Below, in pieces: positions 38,184 through 41,053 of a stretch of 41,053 nucleotides of DNA (positions within the stretch are counted from its first letter, which is position 1; every line of letters begins with the position of its first letter). Below the pieces are notes generated by a model, which saw only the letters and a list, made by a program, of their open reading frames with translations, ran no database searches and was not told the DNA's origin. The stretch covers positions 1-41,053 of the forward strand of contig JABIGQ010000035.1 in NCBI GenBank assembly GCA_018650085.1. The letters run 5' to 3'. Made by a program: the position numbers and the translations under genes. Source of the stretch: Candidatus Magasanikiibacteriota bacterium. GTDB taxonomy: Bacteria; Patescibacteriota; Patescibacteriia; Magasanikbacterales; UBA922.

Positions 38184-41018
38184 ATGTATAAGAAAATTTT
38201 GTTGCTGGGTATTATTATTTGTGGAATAAGTCTGTTTAGTAATCAAGCATATGCTCGTTATAGTGGTTTTATGCCTGCTATGGGGGATGTTCTTGTAGAG
38301 GAAACTGGGTATGAACGAGCATTAGTGACAGAAGATGGAAAATTAGAGTTGTGGAGTGCTTCTGGAGAAATGATGGCAGGATTTCCTGTATTACTTACAG
38401 ATGCTACATATATAAGTTCTCCAGTATTTGCAGATGTTACAGGGGATGGGCAAAATGAAATTATAGTAATAATTCATGATAGATCAGCTGAGGATTATGT
38501 TATTAGTGCATTTGATCAGACAGGGCAAGAATTTGTTCGTTCTGTATTGGAAACGCAGGAAGATATATATTTTGATCCTATAGTAATGGAAAGTAATAGT
38601 GAAAATTCGCAAGATATTGGGATTATTAATATTATAGGAACATTTCAACAATTGCATTATAGTGTAGCAGATGGTTTTATTTCTGTTGATACGCATGCAT
38701 TTGGACAAGCTGCTGGGGTAAGTATTGCAGCTGGGGGAGAATTACTCGTAAACTATCCAACTGAAGCAAAAATAGATATTTATACAAAAAATGAGTTAGG
38801 ATTATGGAGTTATGATCAGAATTTTGAATTAGATACTTCAATCATTTATCCACTTGTGGATGATGGTTTAGAACGATTTTATAGTATTGATCGTAATGGA
38901 GCGCTTGTAGCATTGCATAGTCAGACAGGGGAGATGATTACAGAGTTTCCTGTAGATTTATCGTCAATGCCACGAACTAGCCCAATTCTCTTAGATGTTT
39001 CAGATGAATATGAAGGAGATGAAATTGTGGTACAAGGAGAAAATAGAAAGCAATATATTGTTAGTAGAGATGGAGTGATTATTGAAATCACAGAGCAAGA
39101 ACAAAGTTTTGTTTCAGGAGATGTAGCTCAAGCTATTCCATATGAGAAAAATTTGTTTGGGAAAATTGGTGGGATAGGGATATCTTTTTGGAATCGTATT
39201 ACACATACAATGACGTCTATGTTTGCAAGCATTCGTATGGCTGTTACAGAAGCAGCACCAGAGATGCATGTGTTTATCTATAACGATGAAATGATTGGAG
39301 GAGAAAATTTTGATTTAGGGGCAATTCCATTTACAGATGAACAAAGTTATCCTGTGTCATTTAGGGTTGAAAATAATGGGAATATAGATCTTATTATTGA
39401 TGAAATTACCTGTGAAATTGAATCAAATACTACATGTACTTTTAAAGAGACAGAATTAATTATTCCACCACAAGAAAGTAAGATGATTGAGCTTGATTTG
39501 GCTGTGAATAATCTGGATCCTATAAATGCTGGAATTATTTTTGAAACGAATGATCCTACATATCCTGGTAGTTATGGGATTAATATATTGGCCACTCCGC
39601 AGGTGAATTTTGTCGTTGATGGGAATATGGAAGATCCCGTACATGAGTGGAGACGGTGGAGTAGACCGCATAATGTGGATTATAAATTTAAAACAGACAC
39701 AAATGTGTATAGGGGCGCTTATGCATCTTACATTGATGCACGTCCTACAGAAGAAGGAGATGTTCACGCGGGAATACAGCAATTAAATATACCAGTAGAG
39801 GCTGGAAAATCATATAGATTTAGTTTCCGATATAAATTGTTGTCAGGAGAGCTTTTTAGTATCCTTGGAGTACGCAGTTCAAATATAGATATGGGGAAAG
39901 CTGCGCCAGCATTGGTAGAAGTAGGTAATGCATGGCAATTTTATGAAAGAACATTTATTGTTCCAAGTAATTATGTTGATGATTTTCGAGTACGTATAAG
40001 TGTTTATTCTGGAGAAGTATATTTAGATGATATTACTATTACAGAAATCCCAGCACTTTCTATTGTACGAGATGGAGATTTTGAATCAGATAATGTAGAA
40101 CATTGGAGTGGTTGGGGTAGAAATACTAATTGGAGAAAAGTGACTTCAACCGTATATGCAGGAGATCAGTCATTAGAAATAGGGAATGTAGATAGAGTAA
40201 GTGGTGGAATGTATCAAAATAATATACCATTAGATAGTGATAAATTATATCAATTTTCATTTAAATATAATGTTGGGTCTGGGGTATTATATACAATTAT
40301 TGGAGATAATAGTGCAAATAAAGATGTAGAAGGACTTACCCCATATCTTCGAAATACTCATGGAGAATGGAAAGAATATACAAGAATAATTTCTGGTAGT
40401 GTATTTACTACACAAAATCCACTTATCCGATTTAGTACTAGAAATGGTATTTCTTGGATAGATGATGTAGAAATAATTGAGATAGATGCACCGGTAATGA
40501 TTATAGATGGAGATATGGAAAATGAAGGGTTGGGTAATTGGGAAAATTATTCCAATGCTCTAACTCTTGAAAAAACAGGAGTAGATTCTCAAGAAGGAGT
40601 TCAATCATTATATGTACAGACTACGAGTAGTGCACAGTATAATATAGGTGGGGTACAGTATAGAAATATATTTGTAGAGGCAGGAAAAACATATACGCTT
40701 TCTTTCTACTATAAAGTAAATGGTTCATTGATCCCACGATTGGGTATAAATGACTCAGATACAGATTTTGAGCTTACTGAAATGGATGTTCCAGAGCTTG
40801 ATCCTAGTGTAGAATGGGCATTATATACACGTACGTTCACTGTACCACAGGATTTCACAGGAGATTTTAGACTTGTGTATAGATTACAAAGTTGGTATGT
40901 GGATGGTGTAGAGGAAATTGAATATGAAGGACAAATATATGAAGCCCCTCATCATGAGTTTGTAGGAAATGGTGAGCTGTGGGTGGATAATGTCTTTATA
41001 GAATCAGTAGTTGAATAA
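38184..41018 (+). CDS. Large secreted protein: FG-GAP-like N-region, Ig-like middle, three CBM4/9-like repeats (start revised to ATG 38184)
   Basis: Signal ending AYA|R; ADVTGDGQNEII; F.VEN.G...L.I and FETNDP; repeats starting DGNME/DGDFE/DGDME and ending LDDI/IDDV/VDNV. Confidence 0.75.
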   Translation: MYKKILLLGIIICGISLFSNQAYARYSGFMPAMGDVLVEETGYERALVTEDGKLELWSASGEMMAGFPVLLTDATYISSPVFADVTGDGQNEIIVIIHDRSAEDYVISAFDQTGQEFVRSVLETQEDIYFDPIVMESNSENSQDIGIINIIGTFQQLHYSVADGFISVDTHAFGQAAGVSIAAGGELLVNYPTEAKIDIYTKNELGLWSYDQNFELDTSIIYPLVDDGLERFYSIDRNGALVALHSQTGEMITEFPVDLSSMPRTSPILLDVSDEYEGDEIVVQGENRKQYIVSRDGVIIEITEQEQSFVSGDVAQAIPYEKNLFGKIGGIGISFWNRITHTMTSMFASIRMAVTEAAPEMHVFIYNDEMIGGENFDLGAIPFTDEQSYPVSFRVENNGNIDLIIDEITCEIESNTTCTFKETELIIPPQESKMIELDLAVNNLDPINAGIIFETNDPTYPGSYGINILATPQVNFVVDGNMEDPVHEWRRWSRPHNVDYKFKTDTNVYRGAYASYIDARPTEEGDVHAGIQQLNIPVEAGKSYRFSFRYKLLSGELFSILGVRSSNIDMGKAAPALVEVGNAWQFYERTFIVPSNYVDDFRVRISVYSGEVYLDDITITEIPALSIVRDGDFESDNVEHWSGWGRNTNWRKVTSTVYAGDQSLEIGNVDRVSGGMYQNNIPLDSDKLYQFSFKYNVGSGVLYTIIGDNSANKDVEGLTPYLRNTHGEWKEYTRIISGSVFTTQNPLIRFSTRNGISWIDDVEIIEIDAPVMIIDGDMENEGLGNWENYSNALTLEKTGVDSQEGVQSLYVQTTSSAQYNIGGVQYRNIFVEAGKTYTLSFYYKVNGSLIPRLGINDSDTDFELTEMDVPELDPSVEWALYTRTFTVPQDFTGDFRLVYRLQSWYVDGVEEIEYEGQIYEAPHHEFVGNGELWVDNVFIESVVE

Positions 41019-41053
41019 GTTTATATATTAAAAAATTATTATGAAAAAAATAA

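Noticed and set aside
41041-41053. Start of a further CDS (ATG AAA AAA ATA)
   Set aside because: Only four codons visible at the window edge.

Overview
AT-rich (roughly 30% GC by eye) chromosomal segment, standard genetic code, most consistent with a Patescibacteria/CPR (Parcubacteria-like) genome. This is inferred from CPR-type hypotheticals, a VirB4/TraG-like ATPase, short MetRS and ProRS, and starts without Shine-Dalgarno sequences. Housekeeping content: metG-cvpA-tatD-GIY-YIG-uppS; a complete F1Fo operon (atpZ/I-B-E-F-H-A-G-D-C); an ABC exporter, sanA, HAD and HD proteins; a UvrD helicase-nuclease, a methyltransferase and a DciA-like gene; proS; mreBCD-mrdA; an LtaS-like enzyme; and a large secreted CBM-repeat protein. 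The most notable unexplained items are: (1) two paralogous membrane-anchored surface proteins built from 7 and 3 copies of an unrecognised ~100-aa two-cysteine module; (2) a ~175-nt rod-like hairpin immediately downstream of a sigma70-type promoter, a candidate ncRNA; (3) a small GC-rich Cys-rich gene with a Shine-Dalgarno sequence and a three-hairpin leader; (4) a c-subunit with a two-carboxylate Na+-binding signature; (5) a CGTC-type palindromic element. No rRNA, tRNA, CRISPR array, transposase or integrase was recognised. All calls come from reading motifs by eye; no searches were run.
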